Assembly: GCF_934560975.1 (NCBI RefSeq)
Contig: NZ_CAKTFO010000008.1
Span: 21,940 to 85,939, forward strand
Length of the DNA: 64,000 nucleotides
Source: an uncultured Sphingomonas sp.
GTDB taxonomy: Bacteria > Pseudomonadota > Alphaproteobacteria > Sphingomonadales > Sphingomonadaceae
Direction: 5' to 3'
Shown: one piece after another, positions 1-9,293 of the stretch
Position numbering within the stretch: the first letter of the stretch is position 1
Layout: each line of letters begins with the position of its first letter
The notes under the pieces: generated by a model
Seen by the model: the letters and a program-made list of their open reading frames with translations, nothing else
Told to the model about the DNA's origin: nothing
Database searches by the model: none
Program-made: the position numbers and the translations under genes

Positions 1-1437
1 CGCATGGCGCAGATGTCGATCGGCTCCGACTTTCCCGGCACGCTGATCCGCGACGACAGCCTGGCGCAGCTTCGGACCACGCAAAAAGAGCTACGGTTCC
101 GCTACATCCGCTTCCACAACATCTTTGCCGATCAGTTGGGCACCTATCGGGAGGTCGCGGGCAAGCCGGTCTATGACTGGAGCAGGATCGATTACCTGTA
201 CGACCAGCTGCTCGGCATGGGGCTGAAGCCGTTTGTGGAACTGGGCTTCACGCCGGACGCGATGAAGCAATCCAACCAGACATTGTTCTACTGGAAGGGC
301 AACACCTCCCACCCGCAGCCGGAAAAGTGGACGGCCCTGGTCGATGCCTTCGTCCGCCACCTGATCGCGCGTTATGGCGCGCAGGAGGTTCGCAGCTGGT
401 ATTTCGAGTTCTGGAACGAGCCCAATCTGGACGGTTTCTGGGAAAAGGCCGACAAGCCCGCTTACCTCGATTATTACGGGCGCACCGCCCGCGCGATCAA
501 GGCGATCGACCCGCAGTTGCGCATCGGCGGGCCGTCCACCGCCGGCGCCGCCTGGGTGCCGGACCTGCTGTCCTACGCAGCCAAGAGCCGGCTACCGGTC
601 GATTTCGTGACCACGCACACCTATGGCGTGGAAGGCGGATTCCTGGATGAAAAGGGCGAAGGCGACAACAAGCTGTCGCGCAATCCCGATGCGGTCGTGC
701 AAGACGTGCGCAAGGTGCGCGGGGAGATCGAGGCCGCGGGCCGGACCGGCCTGCCGTTGTTCTTCACCGAATGGAGCACCAGCTACAATCCGCGCGATCC
801 GATCCACGACGATTACTTCGGCGCGGCCTATATCCTGTCCAAGCTTCGCCGCACTGAGGGGTTGGCGCAGGGCATGAGCTATTGGACCTATAGTGACCTG
901 TTCGAGGAGCCCGGCCCCCAGTCCAAACCATTTGAGGGCGGCTTCGGCCTGATGACTCCGCAGGGCGTGCGCAAGGCGACATGGTTCGCGTACAAATACC
1001 TCGCCGATCTCGGTGATCGCGAGGTGCCGACCCATGACGACCAGAGCATCGCCGCACTGAAGGGCGACACCGTCCAGCTGCTGGCATGGCGGGACGTGCT
1101 GCCCGACCAGCCGGTCAGCAACCGGCCCTTCTTCACCAAGGTGCGCGCGCCCGCTACCGCTGCCCCGCTCGACGTGACCCTTCGCCGGCTGAAGCCCGGA
1201 TCCTACCAGTTGCGGGTGCGCCGTACCGGCTTCCGCCAGAACGACGCCTACACCGCCTATCTGGAGATGGGCCGTCCAGCCACCTTGACCGATACCCAGC
1301 TGCAACGGCTCCAATCCTTGACCGCCGACACGCCGGTGGTCAGCACAGTCCGCGTGCGGGCGGACGGCACGGCTCGGATGAACCTGCCGATGCGCGACCA
1401 TGATGTGGTGATGGTTGAACTCAACCCCCGCCGGTGA
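1..1437 (+). CDS. GH39 beta-xylosidase (probably 5'-truncated by window edge)
   Basis: YIRFHNIF, WNEP acid/base and FTEW nucleophile motifs, SYWTYSDLFEE; frame is open to the window start and there is no signal peptide or RBS. Confidence 0.9.
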   Translation, partial: RMAQMSIGSDFPGTLIRDDSLAQLRTTQKELRFRYIRFHNIFADQLGTYREVAGKPVYDWSRIDYLYDQLLGMGLKPFVELGFTPDAMKQSNQTLFYWKGNTSHPQPEKWTALVDAFVRHLIARYGAQEVRSWYFEFWNEPNLDGFWEKADKPAYLDYYGRTARAIKAIDPQLRIGGPSTAGAAWVPDLLSYAAKSRLPVDFVTTHTYGVEGGFLDEKGEGDNKLSRNPDAVVQDVRKVRGEIEAAGRTGLPLFFTEWSTSYNPRDPIHDDYFGAAYILSKLRRTEGLAQGMSYWTYSDLFEEPGPQSKPFEGGFGLMTPQGVRKATWFAYKYLADLGDREVPTHDDQSIAALKGDTVQLLAWRDVLPDQPVSNRPFFTKVRAPATAAPLDVTLRRLKPGSYQLRVRRTGFRQNDAYTAYLEMGRPATLTDTQLQRLQSLTADTPVVSTVRVRADGTARMNLPMRDHDVVMVELNPRR

Positions 1438-1529
1438 GGGCTTCAAGACACCCGGCGGCAAGCGGAGCGGCGCGTTCCGCTCCCTCGCCGGCCATGGTCA
1501 GCGGCGCGACGCGCGGCTAAAGGGGCGGC

Positions 1530-1709
1530 ATGGCCGAACGCTTTGAACGACACCGCCAGCCGTGGCGGCCCGACGAGATCCAGAAGCTGCACACGCTTGC
1601 CAAAAAGGGCATGGCGCTGAAGGCGATCGCCAAGGCGCTGACCCGGAGCGAGGAGTCGGTGAAGGAGCGCGCCAAGCTCGACGGCATCTCCATCGCCAAA
1701 CTGCACTGA
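1530..1709 (+). CDS. 59-aa small helix-turn-helix protein (GcrA N-terminus/Myb-like)
   Basis: Read by hand, below ORF-track cutoff: MAERFERHRQPWRPDEIQKLHTLAKKGMALKAIAKALTRSEESVKERAKLDGISIAKLH; AAGGGG RBS; GC3-rich codons. Confidence 0.75.
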   Translation: MAERFERHRQPWRPDEIQKLHTLAKKGMALKAIAKALTRSEESVKERAKLDGISIAKLH

Positions 1710-1757
1710 CGGCGCGGGCGAGGCACGGCCGGTCTGGCCGGATTGCTCGCCCTTGGT

Positions 1758-2363
1758 CTAGCCCGCTGCGGCTGGGACCGCCGCCATTCGCCCCTTGTAT
1801 CCTGCGGCCAGAGCCTGCCCCACCACGGGCGCCATCGCATCGGCGACCAGGCCGATGGCGCGCGCATTGGGGTGCACCCGGTCGGCCAGCACCATGGTGG
1901 GGTGACCGAGGATTCCCGCCGGGAAGAAGCGGCAGGTTCTGGCCCCGTGGCGTGCCGCCAGGGTTTCATGGATGCCCAGATAGGCGCGCGCGTGATCGCG
2001 CAGCATCGGCGGCGGGTCCACGATCGTCAGCAGCACGGGCACGCCGCAGCGGCCTATCTCGACCAGAATCGCGTCAAGGTTGGCGCGCGTGGCAGCCGAC
2101 GGCAGCTGGCGCAGGACGTCGTTCGGCCCGACCTGCACGATCGCAAGATCGGGGCGAGCGCCGAGCGCGGACAGAGCCGGCGGCAGGCGGCGCAGCACAT
2201 CGGCCGTGGTGTCGCCGGACCTGCCCGCATTGACCACGCGCGCGGAGGGATGACCGGCACGCAGCCGCCGCTCCAGTTGCGCCGGCAGGCTTTCGGTGGG
2301 CGCAAGCCCATGGCCGGCGACGAGGCTGTCACCGATGGCGAGGATGAGGGGCTGGGAAGACAT
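1758..2363 (-). CDS. SGNH/GDSL arylesterase (TesA-like)
   Basis: GDSL block I, NAGRSGDTT, GPND, DRVHPN; start trimmed to MSSQPL. Confidence 0.85.
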   Translation of the reverse strand: MSSQPLILAIGDSLVAGHGLAPTESLPAQLERRLRAGHPSARVVNAGRSGDTTADVLRRLPPALSALGARPDLAIVQVGPNDVLRQLPSAATRANLDAILVEIGRCGVPVLLTIVDPPPMLRDHARAYLGIHETLAARHGARTCRFFPAGILGHPTMVLADRVHPNARAIGLVADAMAPVVGQALAAGYKGRMAAVPAAAG

Positions 2364-2485
2364 TGCTGTATCCCAGATAGGATGCCGCCCACATCCTGAA
2401 AGACCTGCGATAACCGTATGCTGGACCGTCATCGCGGAGCGCCGGGCTGCGCTCCAACCCCCAACGCAGGGCCGCACCGCCCACA

Positions 2486-2520
2486 AAGGAAAAGGGCGGC
2501 CCTCGCGAGCCGCCCTTCCC
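2486..2520 (-). terminator. Intrinsic terminator after TBDR
   Basis: AAGGGCGGC/GCCGCCCTT stem (2492-2517) followed by T-rich tract on minus strand, about 20 nt past the stop. Confidence 0.7.
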
Positions 2521-2539
2521 CATCCGGATTGATCCGATC

Positions 2540-5500
2540 CTAGAAGTGAACCTGCGCACCCGCATAGAAGCGGCGGCCGAACGGATCGTAGACGTCGGCA
2601 GCCGTGGTGGTGCCGGTGATGGTCGGACCACCGGTGAAGATGCTATCCTCCAGGACCGGCGGCTTGCGATCGAACAGGTTGTTCACGCCCAGGAAGAGCT
2701 CGAACTGCTTGTTCTCACCCGCATACGCCTTCAGCTGCACGTCGTGATACATGCGGGACTTGATGCGGTTGTGCCCTGCCGCAATCTCCGCCTGCTGCTG
2801 GTTCAACCCACGGGCGAGCAAGAATTCGATCGTACCAGGCGTGTCGAACTCCGATTCCGGCTGGAACACCATATGGCTGAGATAGGTCGTGTTCCAGTTC
2901 AACGCGAAATTGCCGAACGAATAGCCGACATTCGCATTGACCTTGTTCTTGAACACCTCGCCATAGAGCAGATTGCCGAGACCGCTATTCACCGGAGCGG
3001 ACGGATCGGACCTCTGCTCAAACTTGGTGGTACGCGTGTACAGAATGTGCAGGCTGAACTCATCGTCGGCGAGCAGGCCCAGGCGGTGGTTGTAGGCGAG
3101 GTCGAAGTCGATGCCGGCCGTCTTGAACGTCGCGATGTTGATGTTCTGCGCATTGACCGTGCGGATCAGGCCGGAATTGGCACTGCGCACGACGTTACCG
3201 CAGAATTGCGGCAGGCCGGTCAGGAGGCACTGCTCGATCGAGGTGTTGCGCTGGATGATCCCGATCGCATTATCGATCTTGATGTTGAAATAGTCGGCAG
3301 AAAAGCTGAAGCCGCGCAGGAAGGTCGGCGTGAACACGGCGCCCGCCGTGTAGGTCTTGCCCTTCTCCTCCTGCAGACCGCGGTTGCCGCCGTCGAAACC
3401 GTTGATCTGTTGCAGATCGGCCAGCGAATATTGGAACGTACCGTTGGCGCGGATCACATTGGCGATCGCCGGGACCGCGCGGCACGCCGCCGCAAAGCTG
3501 CCGCCGCCCGTGGTGGCGGTGATGCCGTCGCACGGATCGCTGACCGACGGGAAGGTTTCCGACGCGGCCGAGAACAGCTCGTTGATGTTGGGTGCGCGGT
3601 TGGCAACCGAGTAATTGCCCCGGAAGCGCAAGTCGCGGATCGGCGCATATTCGGCACCGGCGGTCCAGCTGAACACGTTGCCGATGGTGCTGTAGTCGGA
3701 ATAACGCGCCTTGCCGTTGACGGTCAGCGCATAAGCGAAGGGCAAGTCCTGCAGCAGCGGCACGTCGACCTCGCCGAACACCTCCTTCACGTTGAACTTG
3801 CCGATCGTGTCGGGCGTCTGGTTGCCCGAATTCAGTCCGGCATTGGTCAACTCGTCCCAATTGTCGACGCTCTTCTCACGGCGATATTCCGCGCCGACCG
3901 CCGCCTTCACGTCACCATAGGGCAAGGCGAACAGCGTGCCGGACAGGCTGGCGTTCAGGACCAGTTCCGTATTCTTGATGTCGTCGCTGCGCGGGATGCT
4001 GGCCCGGACGAAGGACGATGCCTCCGCGCTTGCCGTATTGTAGCCGAACAGGTTGATCGGGGCGCAACCGGCCGCCCGCGCGGCGGGATCACGGCAGACG
4101 ATCTGGCCGCCGACCAACGTCGCGTCCAGCGCCTGCACATACTTCCTGACGTCGATGTCCTGGGTTTCGGTGTGGTCCTTCACCTGGCCGTAGACACCGG
4201 ACACTTCCCAGTTCCACCGGTTGCCGATGTCACCACGGAAGCCGCCGGCAACGCGGAAGGTGTCGCGGTCATTGGTGTTGCTGCGCGAAAAGACCTCGTT
4301 CTGGCGACGGGCGAACTGGATCGAGCCAACGTTATTGTTCGGGTCCGCATCGCTGTTGCGAGCCGCGATGATCGCCTGGACCGACGTCGGAATGAAGGGA
4401 TTGTCGATCCCGTAGCCGCTTCCGATCTCGGACGCACCGATCGAGTCCAGCGCGGACGGCTCGATCTGCGAACTCGACTTGGTCTTGCCGTATGTGCCTT
4501 CAAGGAAGGCGGTGATGCTGTCGGTCAGCTCATACTTGGCGGACGCGGCGGCGAGGTAACGCTCCACCGGCACCGAGATGCGGCGCACGCCATTGCGGTT
4601 GAAGCCGTAGCCGGTCGGAAAGCCGGACACGACGCTGTTGTCGGAATTGAAGGTGAAGGTGTTCTGCGCGGCAGCCCCGGTGGTGCCGGTCAGGTAGCTG
4701 CCCCCGACGCCGGGAATGCCGGGCGAGAACAGGAACCTGCCCTGCGCCGGGTAGGACGAATAGGCGCTCGGCCCGCAGATGTAGGAGCAATCCTCACGCG
4801 AGATCGCACGGTTGCGGGACAGCAGGCCGCCATCCTTGGCGTAGGTGACGTTGGCGATGATCGACCCGCGATCGTCCGCGCCGAACTTCAGCCCGCCGGA
4901 AATGCTCGCCTGCGTCGTCGGCAGGTCACCGCGCGAGGTGATGCCGCGCTGGACGCGCGCGGTGATGCCCTCCATGTGGTCCTTCAGGATGAAGTTGACC
5001 ACGCCCGAGATCGCGTCCGACCCGTACACGGCGGATGCGCCGCCGGTGATAACCTCGACCCGGTCGATGAAGTCGGTCGGAATGTTGTTGATGTCGACGA
5101 TCGAGGTGCCGGCGACGCCGCCGATGAAGCGGCGGCCATTGACCAGGACGAGGGTGCGCGCGCTGCCGAGATTGCGCAGGTTGATCGACGCGATGCCGTT
5201 ACCGGTCGTCGAGAAGTTGGAATTGGTGCGGCTGTAGCCGGGTATGCCCGCCTGCGGCAGCTTCTGCGTCAGGTCCTGGACGTTGGTGATGCCCTGGCTC
5301 TGGATCACATCGCCGCTGACGATGGCGAGCGGCGTGGCGGACTGGTTTTCCGGGCGCGCGATGCGCGAACCCGTGACGACGATCTCCTGCCCCGCGCCAG
5401 TGTCGGCACCGGCCGTGTCGGTGGTAGTCGGCGGCGTGGTGGTTGCCTGCTGCGCGTGCGCGGGCCCGGCGATCAGCAGGGCCAGGCCCAAGGCGAACGA

Positions 5501-5551
5501 GGCCGAACTGGCGCGGAGCACCGTCCGATGGGAAAGCTGGTGGGAGATCAT
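2540..5551 (-). CDS. TonB-dependent receptor
   Basis: Signal peptide, EIVVTGSRI TonB box, RTLVLVNGRR and GASAVYGSDAISGVVNFI plug, C-terminal F; GAGGA RBS before MISHQ. Confidence 0.95.
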   Translation of the reverse strand: MISHQLSHRTVLRASSASFALGLALLIAGPAHAQQATTTPPTTTDTAGADTGAGQEIVVTGSRIARPENQSATPLAIVSGDVIQSQGITNVQDLTQKLPQAGIPGYSRTNSNFSTTGNGIASINLRNLGSARTLVLVNGRRFIGGVAGTSIVDINNIPTDFIDRVEVITGGASAVYGSDAISGVVNFILKDHMEGITARVQRGITSRGDLPTTQASISGGLKFGADDRGSIIANVTYAKDGGLLSRNRAISREDCSYICGPSAYSSYPAQGRFLFSPGIPGVGGSYLTGTTGAAAQNTFTFNSDNSVVSGFPTGYGFNRNGVRRISVPVERYLAAASAKYELTDSITAFLEGTYGKTKSSSQIEPSALDSIGASEIGSGYGIDNPFIPTSVQAIIAARNSDADPNNNVGSIQFARRQNEVFSRSNTNDRDTFRVAGGFRGDIGNRWNWEVSGVYGQVKDHTETQDIDVRKYVQALDATLVGGQIVCRDPAARAAGCAPINLFGYNTASAEASSFVRASIPRSDDIKNTELVLNASLSGTLFALPYGDVKAAVGAEYRREKSVDNWDELTNAGLNSGNQTPDTIGKFNVKEVFGEVDVPLLQDLPFAYALTVNGKARYSDYSTIGNVFSWTAGAEYAPIRDLRFRGNYSVANRAPNINELFSAASETFPSVSDPCDGITATTGGGSFAAACRAVPAIANVIRANGTFQYSLADLQQINGFDGGNRGLQEEKGKTYTAGAVFTPTFLRGFSFSADYFNIKIDNAIGIIQRNTSIEQCLLTGLPQFCGNVVRSANSGLIRTVNAQNINIATFKTAGIDFDLAYNHRLGLLADDEFSLHILYTRTTKFEQRSDPSAPVNSGLGNLLYGEVFKNKVNANVGYSFGNFALNWNTTYLSHMVFQPESEFDTPGTIEFLLARGLNQQQAEIAAGHNRIKSRMYHDVQLKAYAGENKQFELFLGVNNLFDRKPPVLEDSIFTGGPTITGTTTAADVYDPFGRRFYAGAQVHF

Positions 5552-5798
5552 CTGTGCTGGTCCTCGTTTGCGCGACAGAGGCGGGGCGGAAGGCCGCGTG
5601 CGGCGGGCCGGTCCTGATGCGATGCCTCGGTCGTCCTCCACTGATCAATCAGGCGTTGATGCTTGGCCGGAGACCGCACTGCAAAGACTAACTTAATGAA
5701 TTAACCCCATTTTTCCCACGTGTAACCAAAATGCAACATGATTGGCAGGTTGGCCGATGCGGGGAACCGAGCGGGCGACCTGCGGAAGGGGGCGGCGG

Positions 5799-6257
5799 AT
5801 GTCGAACTTCCTTGCGCCGGTCGGCCGCATCCGGCCGCGTGGCGGCGAGCTGGAGATCGACCTGGCAGGCGACGTCCGCCGATCGGCAACCATCCCTGCA
5901 CCGATGCCCAGGCGCGAGCCCGCCTTTCCCACCCCCGACGTGCTCAACGTGCCGCGCCATGCGGGAACCATGCAGCCGTTTGCCGGCCCGTCGGTGAGCG
6001 GCCGCACGCTCGACCTCAGCGCAGCGGCACCTATGTCGGGCCGCGCGCGGCTGCACTGGACGGCGGCAACCTGTGTCTGGCGGGATACGTCAAGGCCAAG
6101 GCGAGCGCCGCTCACCCCCGTGTCCGACCGCCTGACGGCGCGGGTCGAGATCGACAACATCCTCGACCGGACCGATACGCAGAGCAGCTACAGTACATTG
6201 TGGATCTATCCGGGCACGCCCCGCTCGAACACGGGATCGCTGACGATGCGCTTCTGA
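5799..6257 (+). pseudogene. Degenerate C-terminal remnant of a siderophore-type TonB-dependent receptor
   Basis: Patches NFLAPVGRIRPRGGELEIDLAG, VLNVPRHAG and DRLTARVEIDNILDR...SSYSTLWIYPGTPRS...LTMRF resemble TBDR barrel C-termini; no plug or signal peptide. Confidence 0.55.
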
Positions 6258-6315
6258 TCCCGCCCCGGAATTGCGAGTCGGCGCGAAGGTGCGACAATAT
6301 GCTATCGCCCGCACG

Positions 6316-6894
6316 ATGCCGCACAGCGACCGCCTCCCCGCATCGACCATCGCGCATCCGGTCTGGCGCGCGCTGTCCGGCTACACGATCGGCCCCGCCA
6401 CCACGCAATTCTCCTTTGCCGCGCGGCTGGGCCGGGAAAACGGGTGGAGCCTGGCCCATACGCAGCGCGTGCTGGAGGAGTATCGACGTTTCTGCTTTCT
6501 GGCGGCAACGGCGGAGTGCACGGTGACGCCGTCCGACGCAGTGGATCAGGCGTGGCACCTGCACCTGACCTATACGCGCGATTACTGGCAGCATTTCTGC
6601 CCGGAGGTGCTCGACCGGGAGCTGCATCACGGTCCGACCGCAGGTGGCACGGGAGAGCAGCACCGCTTCTACGCGCAATATGCGGCCACGCTGCGCGCCT
6701 ACCAAGCGGCGTTCGGTCACGCGCCGCCCGCCGACCTGTGGCCCTCCGCCGCGCGGCGACTGATCGAGGATCCGCGTGCGCGCCGCGTCCATCCGCGCGA
6801 CGGTCTGGTCGTGCCGCGCGGGGTGGTGCGCCTGGTGCTGGCATGCGCCGGATTGGCCGCGCTCGGATACATATTGGAAACGATCGTCGGGTAG
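6316..6894 (+). CDS. Glycine-rich-domain / DUF1399-like protein
   Basis: RLGRENGWS...EEYRRFCFLA...PSDAVDQAWHLHLTYTRDYW...LHHGP signature; C-terminal TM helix. Confidence 0.75.
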   Translation: MPHSDRLPASTIAHPVWRALSGYTIGPATTQFSFAARLGRENGWSLAHTQRVLEEYRRFCFLAATAECTVTPSDAVDQAWHLHLTYTRDYWQHFCPEVLDRELHHGPTAGGTGEQHRFYAQYAATLRAYQAAFGHAPPADLWPSAARRLIEDPRARRVHPRDGLVVPRGVVRLVLACAGLAALGYILETIVG

Positions 6895-6906
6895 AGAGCA
6901 TCCACG

Positions 6907-7716
6907 ATGCGCCTCAATCCACTCGAACTGACCGGCGGCTCCTTCCTGGCCTTGTACGGCGGGTTGATGGTCGTCGCGATCCTTGCCAGCCTTTGCATTC
7001 CGCGCCTGACGCGGCCGGGTGGATGGTCCGGTCCGATGGACGATGCCGACCATCTGGCGCTGCTCGGCGGCGGGCCGCTGCAGCTGGTCGACACGGTGGT
7101 GACGCGGCTGCTGGTGTCGGGCGCGTTGACCATGCCGACCCGCCGGACATTCGCGGCAGACACGCGCCGCGCCGCCTCGTCCGACTCCGAACGGCAGGTG
7201 CTCGCGCTACCCGGACCGATCCGCTGGCGCCGGATACGAAGCGTGCTGACGCCCTATGCCGCCAGGCTGGAGCATGAGCTGATGACCGCCGGCATGATGG
7301 CCACCCCGCGCGAGCTGACCCGCCTGCGCCTGCACCAGACCGCGCCTTTTCTGGCGCTGTCTGCGCTGGGTGGGGCTAAGTGGCTGGTTGGCGTCGCCCG
7401 CGACAGACCGGTCGGCTACCTGACCTTTCTGCTGATCCTGACGGCTATACTTGCCGCGCTCCGTTGGAAGAGCGTCGATCGAGCGACACGCGCGGGCCTC
7501 GCCACGCTGGCAGGCGCACGGAGCAGTGCCGACCGGCTGCGCCGCGCACCGATGCCAGAGGAAATGGACATGGCCGTGGCCCTGTTCAGCACAGGGGTGC
7601 TTCTTGGCTCAAGCCTGGTCGCCTACCACCAGTTGCGCACCGCCTCGTCGGGCGGGGGCGGGGGCGACGGCGATGGCGGCGGATGCGGAGGAGGCTGCGG
7701 GGGTTGCGGCAGCTGA
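6907..7716 (+). CDS. TIGR04222-domain membrane protein with Gly/Cys tail
   Basis: LNPLELTGGSFLALY start, RDRPVGYL, C-terminus GGGGGDGDGGGCGGGCGGCGS. Confidence 0.8.
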   Translation: MRLNPLELTGGSFLALYGGLMVVAILASLCIPRLTRPGGWSGPMDDADHLALLGGGPLQLVDTVVTRLLVSGALTMPTRRTFAADTRRAASSDSERQVLALPGPIRWRRIRSVLTPYAARLEHELMTAGMMATPRELTRLRLHQTAPFLALSALGGAKWLVGVARDRPVGYLTFLLILTAILAALRWKSVDRATRAGLATLAGARSSADRLRRAPMPEEMDMAVALFSTGVLLGSSLVAYHQLRTASSGGGGGDGDGGGCGGGCGGCGS

Positions 7717-7771
7717 GCGGCCCCTGCCCCGTCGCTCGTCCCATCCCAAGCCCGCGCGCGCCCGCTTCCAC

Positions 7772-9178
7772 TCAGTCGGCGTAGATCCTGATCAGGTCGT
7801 AGAGATAGTCGCGGCCGGTATAGACCGCCTTGACGATCGCGCGTTCGTTGAGGCCGTGGGTACCGTTGCCGTCGGGGTCGCCGTACAGGCCGGGCGGGCC
7901 GTAAACGGGGATGCCGATCGCTTCCAGGAAGATGCCGTCGGTGGCGCCGGTCGACATCATCGGCGCAAGCGGCACGCCCGGATAATATTTGCGCAACAGC
8001 GCCTCGGCCGGCCCGATCACCTTGGGATCGAGCGGCGGCGGCACCGCCAGCGGCCCGCGATCGTCGGTCTGCTTCACCGTCATGCGCGGATCGGCGATGA
8101 CCTGCTCGATCGTGTCGCGTACCTGCCCTGCGGACACGCCGGGAAAGATGCGGCAGTTGACGTTGGCGGCGGCGCGCTGCGGCAAGGCGTTGTTGGCATG
8201 CCCGCCGTCCAGCAACGTGGCGACGCAGGTGGTGCGCAGCATCGAATGATAGCTCTTGTCGGCGTTTAGCTTCGCCTCCGCTGCCGTATCGGCGGGGTTG
8301 GCGGAGATCGCCATCATCGCATTGCCCAGATCGTCGCCGCGCGCCTTGCCCGCGATGCGGAAGTACGCGCGGGTGGTGTCGCTCATCTGCACGGGAAAGT
8401 CGTAGGCGCGCAGCTTCACCAGCGCGTCGGCAAGCTCATAGATGGCATTGTCCCGCACCGGCGCGGAGCTATGCCCGCCCGGATTGGTGGCCTCGATCCG
8501 GTAATTGACGGCGCTCTTCTCACCGACATGCATGTTGGCGATAACGATCCTGCCCTTGCCGTCCGAACGTCCCCCACCACCTTCGTTGAGCGCGAATTCG
8601 GCGGCGATCAGGTCCGGCCGGTTCTTGGCAAGCCATCGCGCGCCGTTGAACGCCGTGCTGGTCTCCTCGCCGCAGGTGAGGGCGAGCTTGATGGTGCGCT
8701 TGGGTTGGTAGCCGGCCTGCTTGAAGCGGATCATGGAATCGATCCAGATCGCGTCCATGGCCTTCATGTCCTGCGTACCGCGCCCGTAAAAATAGCCGTT
8801 TTCCTCGACCATCTTGTACGGGTCGCGCGTCCAATCCTCGCGCTTGGCCGCGACGACGTCGATATGGCCGAGCAGCAGCAGCGGCTTTACGGTCTTGGAC
8901 GTGCCGGGTAGCACCACCACCAGCCCGCCCTCCCTGGGGTGATCCGGCGTGGCGAAGCGCGTGATCTGGCCATCCGCATAGCCTGCCGCCTTCAGCCGCG
9001 CCGCAACCTTGTCGGCCAGCGCGGTGCAGCTGCCGGTGGTGACGCTGGTGTCGGTTTCGACCAGTTCCTGGTACAAGGCGCGGAAGCTCGCCTGGTCCGG
9101 GCGAAGCTGCTGCGCCGGCGCGGACAGCGGAAGCGCCAATGCGAGCATGCTCGCGGCCATTCGACGAAAATGCTGCAT
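7772..9178 (-). CDS. Secreted M20/M25/M40 metallo-amidohydrolase/peptidase
   Basis: GHIDVV, GRGTQDMK, CGEE, NEGG, GGHSS, HGLNE motifs; Sec signal peptide. Confidence 0.9.
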   Translation of the reverse strand: MQHFRRMAASMLALALPLSAPAQQLRPDQASFRALYQELVETDTSVTTGSCTALADKVAARLKAAGYADGQITRFATPDHPREGGLVVVLPGTSKTVKPLLLLGHIDVVAAKREDWTRDPYKMVEENGYFYGRGTQDMKAMDAIWIDSMIRFKQAGYQPKRTIKLALTCGEETSTAFNGARWLAKNRPDLIAAEFALNEGGGGRSDGKGRIVIANMHVGEKSAVNYRIEATNPGGHSSAPVRDNAIYELADALVKLRAYDFPVQMSDTTRAYFRIAGKARGDDLGNAMMAISANPADTAAEAKLNADKSYHSMLRTTCVATLLDGGHANNALPQRAAANVNCRIFPGVSAGQVRDTIEQVIADPRMTVKQTDDRGPLAVPPPLDPKVIGPAEALLRKYYPGVPLAPMMSTGATDGIFLEAIGIPVYGPPGLYGDPDGNGTHGLNERAIVKAVYTGRDYLYDLIRIYAD

Positions 9179-9293
9179 GAAATCTCCCCGTTGACGCCCT
9201 TGCCGACGCCAGGACGCCAGCCAACCCGGCCGCGCCCTATTCCGCGGCCGGGTTGCGATGTTAGCCGGCAAATGCCGGCGCACAATCCGGTAT

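Noticed and set aside
2546..5617. 1023-aa plus-strand ORF
   Set aside because: Antisense shadow of the TBDR, typical of GC-rich codon bias; no motifs.
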